Below are positions 1 to 9,880 of a DNA stretch of 54,873 nucleotides, piece after piece. How positions within the stretch are numbered: position 1 is the first letter of the stretch; each line of letters starts with the position of its first letter. The notes beneath the pieces were generated by a model, which was not told where the DNA came from, ran no database searches, and saw only the letters and a program-made list of their open reading frames with translations. Where the stretch lies: positions 1 through 54,873 of the forward strand of contig JANXAH010000037.1 of NCBI GenBank assembly GCA_025062415.1, in the 5' to 3' direction. The stretch is from Anaerolineae bacterium. Its GTDB lineage: Bacteria; Chloroflexota; Anaerolineae; B4-G1; DUEL01. The position numbers and the translations under genes are program-made.

Positions 1-288
<288 letters not shown>

Positions 289-689
289 ATCCTGGAGCGC
301 TACGAGGCGGGCATTGCCCTGACCGGGACCGAGATCAAGTCCGTCCGAGCCGCGCAGGTCAGCCTGCAGGAGGGGTACGTTCAGGAGGAGAACGGCGAAC
401 TCTGGCTGGTCAACGTCCACATTGCGCGCTATGAGCCAGCGGGACGGCTGAACCATGACCCCCTGCGCCCCCGCAAACTTCTCTTGCACCGCAAAGAAAT
501 CAACCGCCTCATTGGGCGTATGCGCGAGCGTGGCTACACCGTTGTCCCGCTGCGAATGTACCTGAAAAATGGGCGAGCCAAAGTGGAAATCGCCCTCGTT
601 CGTGGCAAGCGTAAGTACGACAAGCGGGAAGCCATCGCGCGGCGGGATATGGAACGGGAAATCCGCCGGGAATGGAAAGGACGGTTCCG

Positions 690-1508
690 ATGGTGAAGGT
701 GGAGCCCTTCGTGGTGGATGGTCAGCGGATGGTCTCCATCCGGCAGATCAACAATCTCCCTCAACATCAGAAAGAGGCTATCTACCGGACCCTGATCCCT
801 CCTGAGGCTTTGCTCCGGTTTGGCATCCCCTTCTCCCTGACGGACCCTCAGGGGAATTCCCTCTGGACCTGTATCTGTGAGCGGGGGACCAGTTCCGTAA
901 CCCTGGCGCTCCGCCACCGCGCGGACGCGGAAGACCCTGTCCTGTATCTGGAACTGGCGGAGACCCTCCACAACCAACTGGAAGTTCTTTTCTTCGCCAT
1001 TAACGACCCGGAGTCCGAGCGGTACAACGTGGACCGGACGCCCGATGGGCGCCCCACCAACTTCGGGCTGGACGGGCGCAATATCCCTGAAGAGGTGCGG
1101 GCTATGGAGGCTGGGCTGGCTCCTGGGCAGGTCCGGCAGGGAGCCCGCCTGACGCGCCGGCTGATCCCGCGCTTTGAGGAGTTCGTGGCCCGCCTGGGAT
1201 ACGACCGCTTCCAGGCCCAGCCCCTCTTCTACCACGCCGCCATCCTCTTTGAGCGCTGTGGGTTCGCTTACACGATGGGCCAGGGGAAGATGGAGTGGAT
1301 CCACCAGGAATTCCAGCGCAACGGCCTGCTCCACCGTCGCCTGGATGGCTCCACCCCTTTCCGTCAGCCGGGGATGGAGGCCACTGTGCGGGGGCGCAGT
1401 TGGGCCATCTACGATGGCATCCTGGGAGAGCCCTTCGCGGGCGTTCGGATGTATAAGCGCATCGGGATTTTCGCTGGAGTCTGCACCTTCCCGGACGCGG
1501 TCTGGTAG
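690..1508 (+). CDS. Hypothetical protein (272 aa) translationally coupled to smpB
   Basis: ATG 690 overlaps the smpB stop (ATGGTGA) and follows GGAAAGGA. Long ORF with codon usage like its neighbours. I can name no motif; a GNAT-like C-terminus (QGARLTRRL...FYHAAILFERCGF) is only a guess. Alternative start at 672. Confidence 0.6.
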   Translation: MVKVEPFVVDGQRMVSIRQINNLPQHQKEAIYRTLIPPEALLRFGIPFSLTDPQGNSLWTCICERGTSSVTLALRHRADAEDPVLYLELAETLHNQLEVLFFAINDPESERYNVDRTPDGRPTNFGLDGRNIPEEVRAMEAGLAPGQVRQGARLTRRLIPRFEEFVARLGYDRFQAQPLFYHAAILFERCGFAYTMGQGKMEWIHQEFQRNGLLHRRLDGSTPFRQPGMEATVRGRSWAIYDGILGEPFAGVRMYKRIGIFAGVCTFPDAVW

Positions 1509-1517
1509 CGAGAGGGT

Positions 1518-2882
1518 ATGACACTTTTTGGCTTGAGCCTGGCTTTAGAATTTCTGCGGGGACTGCTCTTCTTTGTCCAGGGACTTCTAATCCTCTTTGT
1601 CGCACCCCGAATCAGTCGGCTGGAAGAAGCCCGGTGGATGTCCCTCCTGGCCCTTTTCTCCCTCTGTGAAAGTGCCCTCGTCTGGGATCAGATCCTGGCT
1701 CCCGCACTGGTATTTCCCTTCCTCATTCCCCCTTTCCTGCGGACGCTTCTCCTGGGCCTGGGATACGGGAGCCTGCTGGCCTTCGCTGGATTTCTGTTCT
1801 TTCGGAGCAGGGGGGAGCCGATTACCCTTGCCCGGATGACTCCCGTTCTGGGAATCTTTCTTCTCTGGCTGACGATATTCCTGGTCACCGCACACACACT
1901 CCCGCCGATTCTGGCTGCAAGAGTGGGGGAGACAGTCGCCCGGCTGGGAATGGGGCTCCCCGGAGGATGGCTGGCCTGCTGGGGACTGTTTCGCTCTCCT
2001 CTCTCTGCGGGAAGCCCCCGCCGCCTGCCGCTCACCCAGCCTTCTTCCCGGCTGATGGGGGGCGCTCTGGCCGCTCTGGGGACGATCATTGGGATCGGCG
2101 GTGTTCTGCGGGCCTTCTTGTCCCCCATCCCGGTCTGGATATATCCTGCGCTCTCTGGCCTCGCCCTGCTGGCGGGTCTCGCCCTCTCCGCCGGGTTGAC
2201 CTGGACCTTCGCCGTCGTCCAGCAGGAGGTGGAGCGGTGGGCTGCGGAGGTCCTGGAGGCCCAGGCCCTGGCCGCAGACCGGGAACGGATCAGCCGGGAA
2301 CTCCACGATGGCATCATCCAGTCCATCTATGCCGCCGGCCTGATGCTGGAAGGGGTTCAGGCCCTGATCCCGGAGGACCCAGCGGCGGCCCAGGCCCAAC
2401 TCTCCCGCGTGATGGTGGCCCTGAACCATACCATCCAGGAAATTCGGCGGTACATCTTTAACCTGCGGGGAGGGCTCCCCGAAGCCGATCTGATAGAGGG
2501 GCTGGAGACGCTGCTTCAGGAGTTCCGGATCAACACCCTTCTGGAGACCCGTCTGACTATCCAGGGGGAGGTGCGAGATATTCCCAGCGCCGAACGGAGA
2601 CAGCACGTTTTCCAGATTGTACGGGAAGCGCTGGCCAACGTCGCCCGCCACGCCCACGCCCGAAAGGTAGAGGTCCGCCTGACCTTCGGCCCCACTGCTT
2701 TTCAGGTCCAGGTCGCGGACGACGGGGTTGGCTTCGCCATAGGCCCTGTCCCCACCGGACAAGGGCTCCGGAACATCCGGGAACGAGCCCGCCTGCTGGA
2801 CGGCACCCTGGACATAGAAAGCGCCCCTGGCCAGGGAGTGACCCTAACCTTGACCGTGCCGTACCAAAAAGGAGAGTTGTAG
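1518..2882 (+). CDS. Membrane sensor histidine kinase, HisKA_3 (NarX/LiaS/DesK) type
   Basis: About 6-7 hydrophobic segments in the first 230 aa. H-box [17 protein letters not shown], then HATPase motifs ([28 protein letters not shown]). Confidence 0.88.
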   Translation: MTLFGLSLALEFLRGLLFFVQGLLILFVAPRISRLEEARWMSLLALFSLCESALVWDQILAPALVFPFLIPPFLRTLLLGLGYGSLLAFAGFLFFRSRGEPITLARMTPVLGIFLLWLTIFLVTAHTLPPILAARVGETVARLGMGLPGGWLACWGLFRSPLSAGSPRRLPLTQPSSRLMGGALAALGTIIGIGGVLRAFLSPIPVWIYPALSGLALLAGLALSAGLTWTFAVVQQEVERWAAEVLEAQALAADRERISRELHDGIIQSIYAAGLMLEGVQALIPEDPAAAQAQLSRVMVALNHTIQEIRRYIFNLRGGLPEADLIEGLETLLQEFRINTLLETRLTIQGEVRDIPSAERRQHVFQIVREALANVARHAHARKVEVRLTFGPTAFQVQVADDGVGFAIGPVPTGQGLRNIRERARLLDGTLDIESAPGQGVTLTLTVPYQKGEL

Positions 2883-2892
2883 GGGGGACACG

Positions 2893-3558
2893 ATGCCGCT
2901 GCGCATTCTGATTGTGGACGACCACGAAGTTGTTCGGCTGGGCCTGCGGGCCCTGCTGGAACGCCACCCCAACTTCGTTGTAGTGGACGAGGCCGGAAAC
3001 GCCGCCGAGGCCGTTCAGAAAGCCATGCTTCACCGCCCCGACGTTGTCGTGATGGATATCCGGCTGCCGGGCCGCAGCGGCATTGAGGCCTGTCGGGAGA
3101 TCGTCGCCCACGTGCCCGACGCTAAGGTCATTATGCTCACCTCCTATGCCGACGACGAACTCCTCTTTGAGGCCATCCAGGCAGGGGCCTGTGGCTACGT
3201 CCTCAAACAGATCGGCAGTAGCGATCTGGTCCGGGCTATAGAGACCGTGGGCCGGGGAGAGGCCCTGCTGGACCCGGCGGTGACCCGGCGGGTACTGGAG
3301 CGGGTGCGGGAGGCTGCCCGTCAGCAGGCCGCCGCCGCTTTCGCCGACCTGACGGAGCAGGAACTGCGCGTCCTGGCCCTCGTCGCCGAGGGAAAGACCA
3401 ACCGCGAAATCGCCGAGGCCCTCTACCTGGGCGAGGGGACCGTCCGCAACTACGTCAGCAGCATCCTGAACAAACTGGGGCTCACCAACCGGGCCGAGGC
3501 CGCCGCTTACGCCGTCCGGCACAACCTGCAGGAGTACCTTCGGTCCCTGAACCTGTAG
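2893..3558 (+). CDS. NarL/LuxR-family response regulator (REC + HTH_LuxR)
   Basis: [16 protein letters not shown]...[10 protein letters not shown] receiver, and a C-terminal [44 protein letters not shown] helix-turn-helix. Starts 10 nt after the kinase. Confidence 0.92.
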   Translation: MPLRILIVDDHEVVRLGLRALLERHPNFVVVDEAGNAAEAVQKAMLHRPDVVVMDIRLPGRSGIEACREIVAHVPDAKVIMLTSYADDELLFEAIQAGACGYVLKQIGSSDLVRAIETVGRGEALLDPAVTRRVLERVREAARQQAAAAFADLTEQELRVLALVAEGKTNREIAEALYLGEGTVRNYVSSILNKLGLTNRAEAAAYAVRHNLQEYLRSLNL

Positions 3559-5745
3559 ATGACCGACCTTCTCAAAGACCTCAACCCCCAGCAGCAGAAA
3601 GCCGTCACCGTCTCCGACGGACCGGTCCTGGTCCTCGCCGGGCCCGGCTCCGGCAAGACGCGCGTGCTCACTTATCGCGTCGCCTATCTGGTGCTGGAGC
3701 GGGGCATCCCGCCCTGGCGCGTGATGGCCGTCACCTTCACCAACAAGGCCGCGCAGGAGATGGGGGAACGCCTTCAGCGCCTGCTGGGTCACGCCCGCGC
3801 CGCCGACCTCACCCTGGGCACCTTCCACGCCACCTGCGCCCGCATCCTCCGACGGGAGGGCGAGGCCATCGGTATCCCTTCCAACTACGTCATCTACGAC
3901 ACCGACGACCAGATGGCTGTCGTCCGGCAGGCCCTGAAGGACCTGGACATAGACGAGAAGCGGTTCGCCCCCACCTCCATCCACAGCATCATCTCCCGCG
4001 CCAAGAACGAACTGATCCCGCCTGAGGCCTTCCAGCCCGCGTCCTACCTGGAAGAGGTGGCCCGGCGGGTCTATGAACGCTACCAGCACCTCCTGCGGGC
4101 CAACGCCGCGCTGGACTTTGACGACCTGCTGATGGAGACGGTGCGCCTCTTCCGGGAGCGCCCCGACATCCTGGCCCGCTACCAGGAGCGCTACCTGCAC
4201 ATCCTGGTGGACGAGTTCCAGGACACCAACATGGCCCAGTACGTCCTCCTGCGGCAACTGGCGGGCCGACACCGCAACCTCTTCGTCGTTGCCGACGAGG
4301 ACCAGTCCATCTATCGCTGGCGCGGCGCCGACTACCGTAACATCTTCCGCCTCCGGGAGGATTACCCCGACCTGGCGACCGTCCTTCTGGAACAGAACTA
4401 CCGTTCCACCCAGACCATCCTGGACGCCGCCAACGCAGTCATTGCCCGTAACCCCCACCGGACTCCCAAGCGGCTCTTCACCCACCGCGGCCGGGGGCCG
4501 AAGATCGTCGTCCACGAGGCCTACGACCCCGAAGAGGAGGCCCAGTTCGTCGTGGACACCATCGCCGAACTGGTCCTGAAGGGAGAGGCCCAGCCGGGAG
4601 ACTGCGCCGTGATGTACCGGATCAACGCCCAGTCCCGCGCGCTGGAGGAGGCCTTCATTCGGGCTGGCCTGCCCTACCGCCTCGTCGGGGCCACCCGGTT
4701 CTACGCCCGTCGGGAGATCAAGGACCTGGTCGCCTACCTGCGGGTCGTCCACAACCCCCACGACTCCGCCAGCCTCTTCCGTATCCTGAACGTACCGCCC
4801 CGCGGCATCGGCCCCCAGACTGTCCGCCTCCTGGAGGATGCCGCGCGCATTCGGGAGGTTTCTCTCTGGCAAATGATAGAGGACGTGGCCCACGGCTCCC
4901 CGGCGCCCTCCCTCCCGGCCCGCATCCGCACCGCCCTGGTGGCCTTTCATCGGGCCGTCTGTGCCTGGAGGGAGGCCAGCGCCTCCCTGACCGTCGCGTC
5001 CCTGATGGACCGCATCATCTTGGATACGGCCTACGAGGCCTACCTGCGGGATGGTACAGAGGAGGGGGAGGACCGGTGGGAGAACGTCCAGGAACTCCGC
5101 TCTGTCGCGGCCCAGTATCCCGAAGCGACCCTTGCCGACTTCCTGGCTCTCGTCGCCCTTGTCTCGGACGTGGATAACCTCACGGAGAGCGTCAATGCCC
5201 CCGTTCTCCTGACGCTCCACAGCGCCAAAGGGCTGGAGTTCCCCGTCGTCTTCATCGTCGGGCTGGAGGAGGGGATGCTCCCCCACACCCGCTCCTTGGA
5301 TGACCCGGAGGCTTTGGCGGAGGAGCGGCGGCTCTTCTACGTGGGCATCACCCGCGCGAAGGACCGGCTGTTTCTGACCTACTCCTTCCGTCGGGCCCGG
5401 TGGGGAGAATATGGTCCCAATGCCCCCAGCCGGTTTCTGGAGGATATTCCCGAGTCTCTCACCGAAGGCGCGCGCGTCCGACGTCGGAGAGCCCGCAAGC
5501 CCACAGCCTGGGGCGTCCTGGCCGAACTGGATGCCCGGATAGAGCGCAGTGCTCCCGTTTCTGCGGATAAAAAGAAGGCCTCCCGGACACCTCCCTTTCA
5601 GGTCGGCGACGCCGTGACGCACACCGCCTTCGGCTCCGGTGTCGTCCTGGAGGTTGCGCCGATGGGCGACGAGTGGGAGGTCACCGTCGCCTTTGAACGG
5701 GCCGGCATCCGGCATATTCTGGGGAGTTACCTCCAGAAAAAGTAA
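3559..5745 (+). CDS. pcrA: ATP-dependent DNA helicase PcrA/UvrD family
   Basis: LNPQQQKAVT...VLAGPGSGKTRVLT (motif I), VDEFQDTN (motif II), and a C-terminal GDAVTHTAFGSGVVLEV Tudor-like tail. The ATG directly abuts the regulator stop (TAGATG). Confidence 0.92.
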   Translation: MTDLLKDLNPQQQKAVTVSDGPVLVLAGPGSGKTRVLTYRVAYLVLERGIPPWRVMAVTFTNKAAQEMGERLQRLLGHARAADLTLGTFHATCARILRREGEAIGIPSNYVIYDTDDQMAVVRQALKDLDIDEKRFAPTSIHSIISRAKNELIPPEAFQPASYLEEVARRVYERYQHLLRANAALDFDDLLMETVRLFRERPDILARYQERYLHILVDEFQDTNMAQYVLLRQLAGRHRNLFVVADEDQSIYRWRGADYRNIFRLREDYPDLATVLLEQNYRSTQTILDAANAVIARNPHRTPKRLFTHRGRGPKIVVHEAYDPEEEAQFVVDTIAELVLKGEAQPGDCAVMYRINAQSRALEEAFIRAGLPYRLVGATRFYARREIKDLVAYLRVVHNPHDSASLFRILNVPPRGIGPQTVRLLEDAARIREVSLWQMIEDVAHGSPAPSLPARIRTALVAFHRAVCAWREASASLTVASLMDRIILDTAYEAYLRDGTEEGEDRWENVQELRSVAAQYPEATLADFLALVALVSDVDNLTESVNAPVLLTLHSAKGLEFPVVFIVGLEEGMLPHTRSLDDPEALAEERRLFYVGITRAKDRLFLTYSFRRARWGEYGPNAPSRFLEDIPESLTEGARVRRRRARKPTAWGVLAELDARIERSAPVSADKKKASRTPPFQVGDAVTHTAFGSGVVLEVAPMGDEWEVTVAFERAGIRHILGSYLQKK

Positions 5746-5792
5746 TTTTCGCTGCGAAGACCTGGGCATCGCAGCGAAACGGGAGGTTTTTT

Positions 5793-6758
5793 ATGCTGAA
5801 AACCCGCGTCACCGAACTCTTCGGCATCCGGTATCCCATCGTCGGCGGCTGCATGATGCACATTTCCGGCCCGGAGTTCGTTGCCGCTATCTCCAACGCG
5901 GGTGCCCTGGGCGTCCTGGCCTCCGCGATGTACACCGACCGGGAGTCCTTCCGGGAAGCGATCCGCAAGACCCGCGCCCTGACCGACCAGCCCTTCGCGG
6001 TCAACCTGAGCCTTCATCCGGCCATCCGCCCCATAGACAACCACGTCTACGTGGACGTCATCCTGGAGGAGGGAGTCTCCATCGTGGAGACCAGCGGACA
6101 CCGTCCTCCGGAGGACCTCTATGCCCGGCTGAAGGGGGGCGGAGTCAAGGTGATGCACAAGTGCGTCAGCGTCCGCCACGCCCAGACGGCCCAGCGGCTG
6201 GGCGCCGACGCAGTGACCGTCTTCGGCTACGAGGGAGGCGGCCACATCGGCGAATTGGGGCTCACGACGATGGTCCTGGTTCCGCTGGCCGCGGATGCGC
6301 TGAGCGTCCCGGTGCTGGCTGCGGGAGGGATCGCCGATGGCCGCGGGCTGGCAGCGGCCTTGGCCCTCGGCGCGGAGGGCGTGGTCGTTGGCACCCGGCT
6401 CCTCCTGACCCAGGAGTGCCCTATTCACCCGGCGGTGAAGGAGGCCCTTGTCGCAGCGACAGAACTGGAGACCCGCCCTATCCTGCACACCCTACAGAAC
6501 ACGATGCGGGCCTGGGATAATGCCGCAGCCCGCAGGGTGGCGGAACTGGAGGCCCGAGGTGCCTCCCTCCCGGAGATCCTCGCCGTTGTCGGCGGCCATA
6601 TGACCCGCCGGATGTTTGAGACGGGGGAGACCGATGTCGGGGTGATGGCCTGCAGCCAGGCCGTCGGGTTGGTGCGGGAGGTGCGGCCCGTTGCTGAGGT
6701 CATCCAGGAGATGGTCGCTCAGGCCCGTGAAGTGCTGCTTCGGCTGGCTGCCGATTGA
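5793..6758 (+). CDS. Nitronate monooxygenase / FabK-like FMN-dependent oxidoreductase (NMO family)
   Basis: N-terminal TELFGIRYPIVGGCMMHISGPEFVAAISNAGALGVL and the GGIADGRGLAAALALGAEGVVVGTR motif are typical of the NPD/NMO TIM-barrel family. Confidence 0.82.
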   Translation: MLKTRVTELFGIRYPIVGGCMMHISGPEFVAAISNAGALGVLASAMYTDRESFREAIRKTRALTDQPFAVNLSLHPAIRPIDNHVYVDVILEEGVSIVETSGHRPPEDLYARLKGGGVKVMHKCVSVRHAQTAQRLGADAVTVFGYEGGGHIGELGLTTMVLVPLAADALSVPVLAAGGIADGRGLAAALALGAEGVVVGTRLLLTQECPIHPAVKEALVAATELETRPILHTLQNTMRAWDNAAARRVAELEARGASLPEILAVVGGHMTRRMFETGETDVGVMACSQAVGLVREVRPVAEVIQEMVAQAREVLLRLAAD

Positions 6759-6868
6759 CAATCCCCCGAAAAGCGGTAGAATACAAGTGCACAACCCCTT
6801 TGGTGAGCGCCCTCTTCTGCGTCCCCCGCCAAAGGCCGTTTGTGACAATTTTTCCGCAAAGGAGCGCG

Positions 6869-7282
6869 ATGTACGAAGAGATTCTCTCCCCCGAGGACGT
6901 CACCCCTCAGGCGATCAAGCAGATCTTTGACGACGCCTACATTGGCGCAACGTTGACCGCTGATGAGAAGGTCTGCGTGACCGAAGAGGGGGTCAAAGTC
7001 TTCATTTCCGTGGAAGAGGACAAGCAATTGCTGACCTACTTCCTGATTTTCGGCTGGCGGCCGGGCACGGACCCAATAGACCAACTGGAACTCACCAACG
7101 CGCTGAACCAGAATATCGTCCTGATGCGTGCCTGGGCCTTCCCGGAAGGGATCGTCGTGGACTACACCCTGCCCTACGACGCGGGGCTCCTTCCCGCCCA
7201 GGTCATCAGCGCCTACAATTGGCTCCGCCGGACTGCCATTTGGGGCATCCAGCACTACGATCGGAAGAACATCGTCGCGTAA
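6869..7282 (+). CDS. Hypothetical protein, possibly YbjN / T3SS-chaperone-like fold (137 aa)
   Basis: ATG 6869 follows AAAGGAG. Acidic small protein. The family assignment comes from overall pattern only and is weak. Confidence 0.55.
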   Translation: MYEEILSPEDVTPQAIKQIFDDAYIGATLTADEKVCVTEEGVKVFISVEEDKQLLTYFLIFGWRPGTDPIDQLELTNALNQNIVLMRAWAFPEGIVVDYTLPYDAGLLPAQVISAYNWLRRTAIWGIQHYDRKNIVA

Positions 7283-7342
7283 ATACAAGGCTCTTCCCGA
7301 TCCTGGGGCTACGCCGGGTTCCCGGGCACCGGACCAGGGAGA

Positions 7343-7488
7343 GGGGGGAGCGGGGGGGTGGGGGGGGGGGGGGGGGGGCCCGCCCCCCCCCCCCCCCCCC
7401 ACCCGCCGGGATGTGAGTAATGGGGAGGAGGGGGGGGGGGTCGGCGGGGGGGGGGGGGTGGGGGGGGGGCGCCGCCCCCCCCCCCCCC
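7343..7488. repeat. Two adjacent G-homopolymer/C-homopolymer palindromic tracts in the ybjN-like/holB intergenic region
   Basis: Tract A: G7-T-G19-CCCG-C18-ACCC (7352-7404). Tract B: GGGGAGGAG-G11...G13-T-G10-CGCCG-C14-AAACCCC (7422-7495). Non-coding low complexity; the overlapping ORFs translate to poly-Gly/Pro. Confidence 0.85.
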
Positions 7489-7541
7489 AAACCCCAATCG
7501 CTCTTGCTTTTGAAACTTTGCAGGAGTACGTCCGGTCAGGG

Positions 7542-8531
7542 ATGGACTGGGGAGTCGTTGGGCACGAATGGGCCGTACAACTCCTTCAGCAGGCTGTGGA
7601 GGAAGGGGAACTCTCTCATGCCTATCTCTTCACCGGCCCAGAGGGAGTTGGAAAAGGGACACTGGCGCGCGCCCTGGCGTCCGCTCTCTTCTGTGAGGGG
7701 TATCCTCGTCCCTGTGGGGCCTGCCGGGCCTGTCGCCTGGTCGCCGCAGGCCACCATCCCGACCTGCTCTGGGTGGGGCCCGCTACCGAGAAGGGCCACA
7801 TCAGCATAGAGCAAATTCGGGAACTCCAGCGCATCCTTTCTCTGACTCCCAACCTGGCCCGTCACCGGCTTGTCGTTCTGGATCGCTTTGAGCAGGCAAC
7901 AGCATCCGCCGCCAACGCCTTTCTGAAGACTCTGGAAGAGCCACCCGACTACGCAGTCCTTATCCTCCTTGCTCCGGAGGCCGATGCTCTTCTTCCTACC
8001 ATTGTCTCCCGCTGTCAGATCGTTGCCCTGCGCCCGCTCCCCGCGCGCCGGGTGGAGGAAGCCCTGATAGTTCGCTGGCAAGTGGACCCGGATCGGGCCC
8101 GTCTGCTGGCCCGCCTCTGTGGAGGACGGCTGGGCTGGGCCGTGCGTGCGGCCACTGACCCGGCCATCCTGCAACGGCGGGAGCAGCGGCTCCAGGAACT
8201 CCTCGCCCTGACAGCGGCCCCATTGACCGACCGCTTCCGCTACGCCGCAGAACTGGCACGCGACCCAGAGGAGACCCGTGAGGCACTGGACCTCTGGTTG
8301 GGCTGGTGGCGGGATGTACTTCTGGTGAGCAGTGGAGTGGATGAAGAGGGAGCGGGGGAATTCGCTCTGACGAACCTGGACCGACGGGCGCAGTTGGAAC
8401 AATTCGCTGCACGATTTTCGCCCGCCCAGGCGGCTGCGCGCATTCGGGCTATCCGGACCGCGCTGGACCGCCTCCAGCGCAACGCCAACCCCCTTTTGAC
8501 GCTGGAAGTCCTTCTGGGATTTGACCTGTGA
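7542..8531 (+). CDS. holB: DNA polymerase III subunit delta prime
   Basis: The internal ATG 7542 gives MDWGVVGHEWAVQLLQQAVEEGELSHAYLFTGPEGVGKGTLARALA plus the zinc module CGACRACRLV and HPDLLWV. This is classic HolB. The longer ORF start at 7128 runs through the G/C tracts. Confidence 0.9.
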   Translation: MDWGVVGHEWAVQLLQQAVEEGELSHAYLFTGPEGVGKGTLARALASALFCEGYPRPCGACRACRLVAAGHHPDLLWVGPATEKGHISIEQIRELQRILSLTPNLARHRLVVLDRFEQATASAANAFLKTLEEPPDYAVLILLAPEADALLPTIVSRCQIVALRPLPARRVEEALIVRWQVDPDRARLLARLCGGRLGWAVRAATDPAILQRREQRLQELLALTAAPLTDRFRYAAELARDPEETREALDLWLGWWRDVLLVSSGVDEEGAGEFALTNLDRRAQLEQFAARFSPAQAAARIRAIRTALDRLQRNANPLLTLEVLLGFDL

Positions 8532-8540
8532 GGGGATAAG

Positions 8541-8577
8541 ATTCTGCGGCGGGCGGCGAAGCCGCCCGCCGCAGAGT
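8541..8577. terminator. Bidirectional hairpin between convergent holB and the PHP gene
   Basis: ctgcggcgggcggc-gaa-gccgcccgccgcag is a perfect 14-bp GC stem, extendable to about 17 bp. It lies between the stops at 8531 (+) and 8583 (-). Confidence 0.75.
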
Positions 8578-8582
8578 TGATC

Positions 8583-9479
8583 TCACTTTTGGGCAGAAGC
8601 GGGATAACTTTCCGCAATCCTCCTGCGGGCCGATGCCCGATGGAGGGCTCTTATCCCCACGGCCTGCTGGACCTGCCAGAGAACCCGGAGAGGGACTTCC
8701 GGAGTTCCCAGAGATGCCCCCGCTTGCTCCAAGCCGTGAAAATCGCTCCCCCCGGTCACCAGCAGATGATAACGACGGGCCAGTTCCAGCAGGGTTCGCA
8801 CATCTTCCGGAGAATGTTCCGGGTAGTAGACCTCTATCCCCTGCAGCCCCAGGGAGACCAGCGTCGGGATATGATCTATCGCGCCCGAAGCAGCGGGGTG
8901 GGCCAGGATAGCAACCCCACCCGCTTTCCGGATTAACCAAATAGCCTCCTCGGGGGAAATCCGGACGCGCGGGACATAGGCTGGACCGCCCCATCCGAGA
9001 TAGCGCTGGAAGGCCTCGCTGATGTCGGCGACATAGCCGCGCTGGACCAGGGCGCGAGCAATATGAAGCCTCCCGATTGCGGCATCTCCCGCTAAAGCGA
9101 CCACCTGCTCCCACTCCAGGGGCTTCCCCAGTGCGGCCAACCGCTCCAACATCCGCCTGGCGCGGGCCGCTCGTCCAGCCCGTAACTCCTTCAGTCGTTC
9201 CTGTAGCGACCCGTCCTGAGGGTTCACATACAGCCCCAAGATGTGGAAATCTCCCCATTCCCCTTCTGAACTGAGTTCCACTCCTGGGACGACCTCTAAT
9301 CCAGTCCCTATCGCTGCAGCCTGGGCTTCAGCGATCCCTGCGATGGTATCGTGGTCGGCGATCGCAATTGCCGCTATATTTCGTTCTACCGCCAGACGCA
9401 CAACCTCACTGGGCGAGAACAGGCCGTCGGAGGCGGTGGTGTGGATATGGAGGTCTACGCGCTCTTCATGGAAGAACAT
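8583..9479 (-). CDS. PHP-domain metal-dependent phosphoesterase (TrpH/YciV-like)
   Basis: N-terminus VDLHIHTTASDGLFSPSEVV, then AIAIADHDT and GGSDFHG, which are PHP histidine/aspartate motifs. Confidence 0.88.
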   Translation of the reverse strand: MFFHEERVDLHIHTTASDGLFSPSEVVRLAVERNIAAIAIADHDTIAGIAEAQAAAIGTGLEVVPGVELSSEGEWGDFHILGLYVNPQDGSLQERLKELRAGRAARARRMLERLAALGKPLEWEQVVALAGDAAIGRLHIARALVQRGYVADISEAFQRYLGWGGPAYVPRVRISPEEAIWLIRKAGGVAILAHPAASGAIDHIPTLVSLGLQGIEVYYPEHSPEDVRTLLELARRYHLLVTGGSDFHGLEQAGASLGTPEVPLRVLWQVQQAVGIRALHRASARRRIAESYPASAQK

Positions 9480-9736
9480 CGGGTCTCCACCGTCAAGTGG
9501 ACAGCGGTCCGTTCCTGTCCGTCAATCACCACTTCGGAGAAGGAGGGAATGCACACGATGTCAATCCCCTCCGGCAGGAGGTAATTGCGAGCAATGGCCA
9601 CCGCCTTAATAGCCTGGTTGACCGCGCTGGCCCCGATTGCCCGCACATCCACCCGTCCACGCTCCCGGATCACCCCAGCGATGGCTCCGGCAACGGCGGT
9701 GGAGCGAGAATCTGCAGCGACTTTGATCATCTCCAT
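9455..9736 (-). CDS. spoVS: SpoVS-family protein
   Basis: MEMIKVAADSRSTAVAGAIAGVIRERGRVDVRAIGASAVNQAIKAVAIARNYLLPEGIDIVCIPSF matches Bacillus SpoVS almost position by position. Its 3' end overlaps the PHP gene start by 25 nt. Confidence 0.88.
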   Translation of the reverse strand: MEMIKVAADSRSTAVAGAIAGVIRERGRVDVRAIGASAVNQAIKAVAIARNYLLPEGIDIVCIPSFSEVVIDGQERTAVHLTVETRCSSMKSA

Positions 9737-9880
9737 AGCAACCTCCTTGCGGCGTCCTTGGATTCCACCTTGTCATTCAGAGCAATATTCGTACAATATT
9801 CCTGACTCTATGATACTTGAAATGGCGCTGCTGGAGGTTTCCGGCGCGTTACAGATCGGTAAATTTCTCCTGAGGGAACG

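Noticed and set aside
1587-2762. 391-aa and 212-aa minus-strand ORFs opposite the histidine kinase gene
   Set aside because: They are antisense shadows with Gly/Pro/Arg-rich low-complexity translation. The plus strand carries the H-box and ATPase motifs.
2557-5769. 1070-aa minus-strand ORF opposite the response regulator and pcrA
   Set aside because: This is an antisense open frame typical of high-GC DNA. Its composition is Gly/Pro/Arg/Val-rich with no motifs, while the plus strand encodes unmistakable PcrA and NarL-family proteins.
7128-7541. N-terminal extension of the holB ORF, and ORFs 7206..7490, 7219..7416, 7309..7497 and 7420..7809
   Set aside because: All are poly-Gly/Pro/Arg read-throughs of the G/C tracts. 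A canonical HolB N-terminus starts at 7542.
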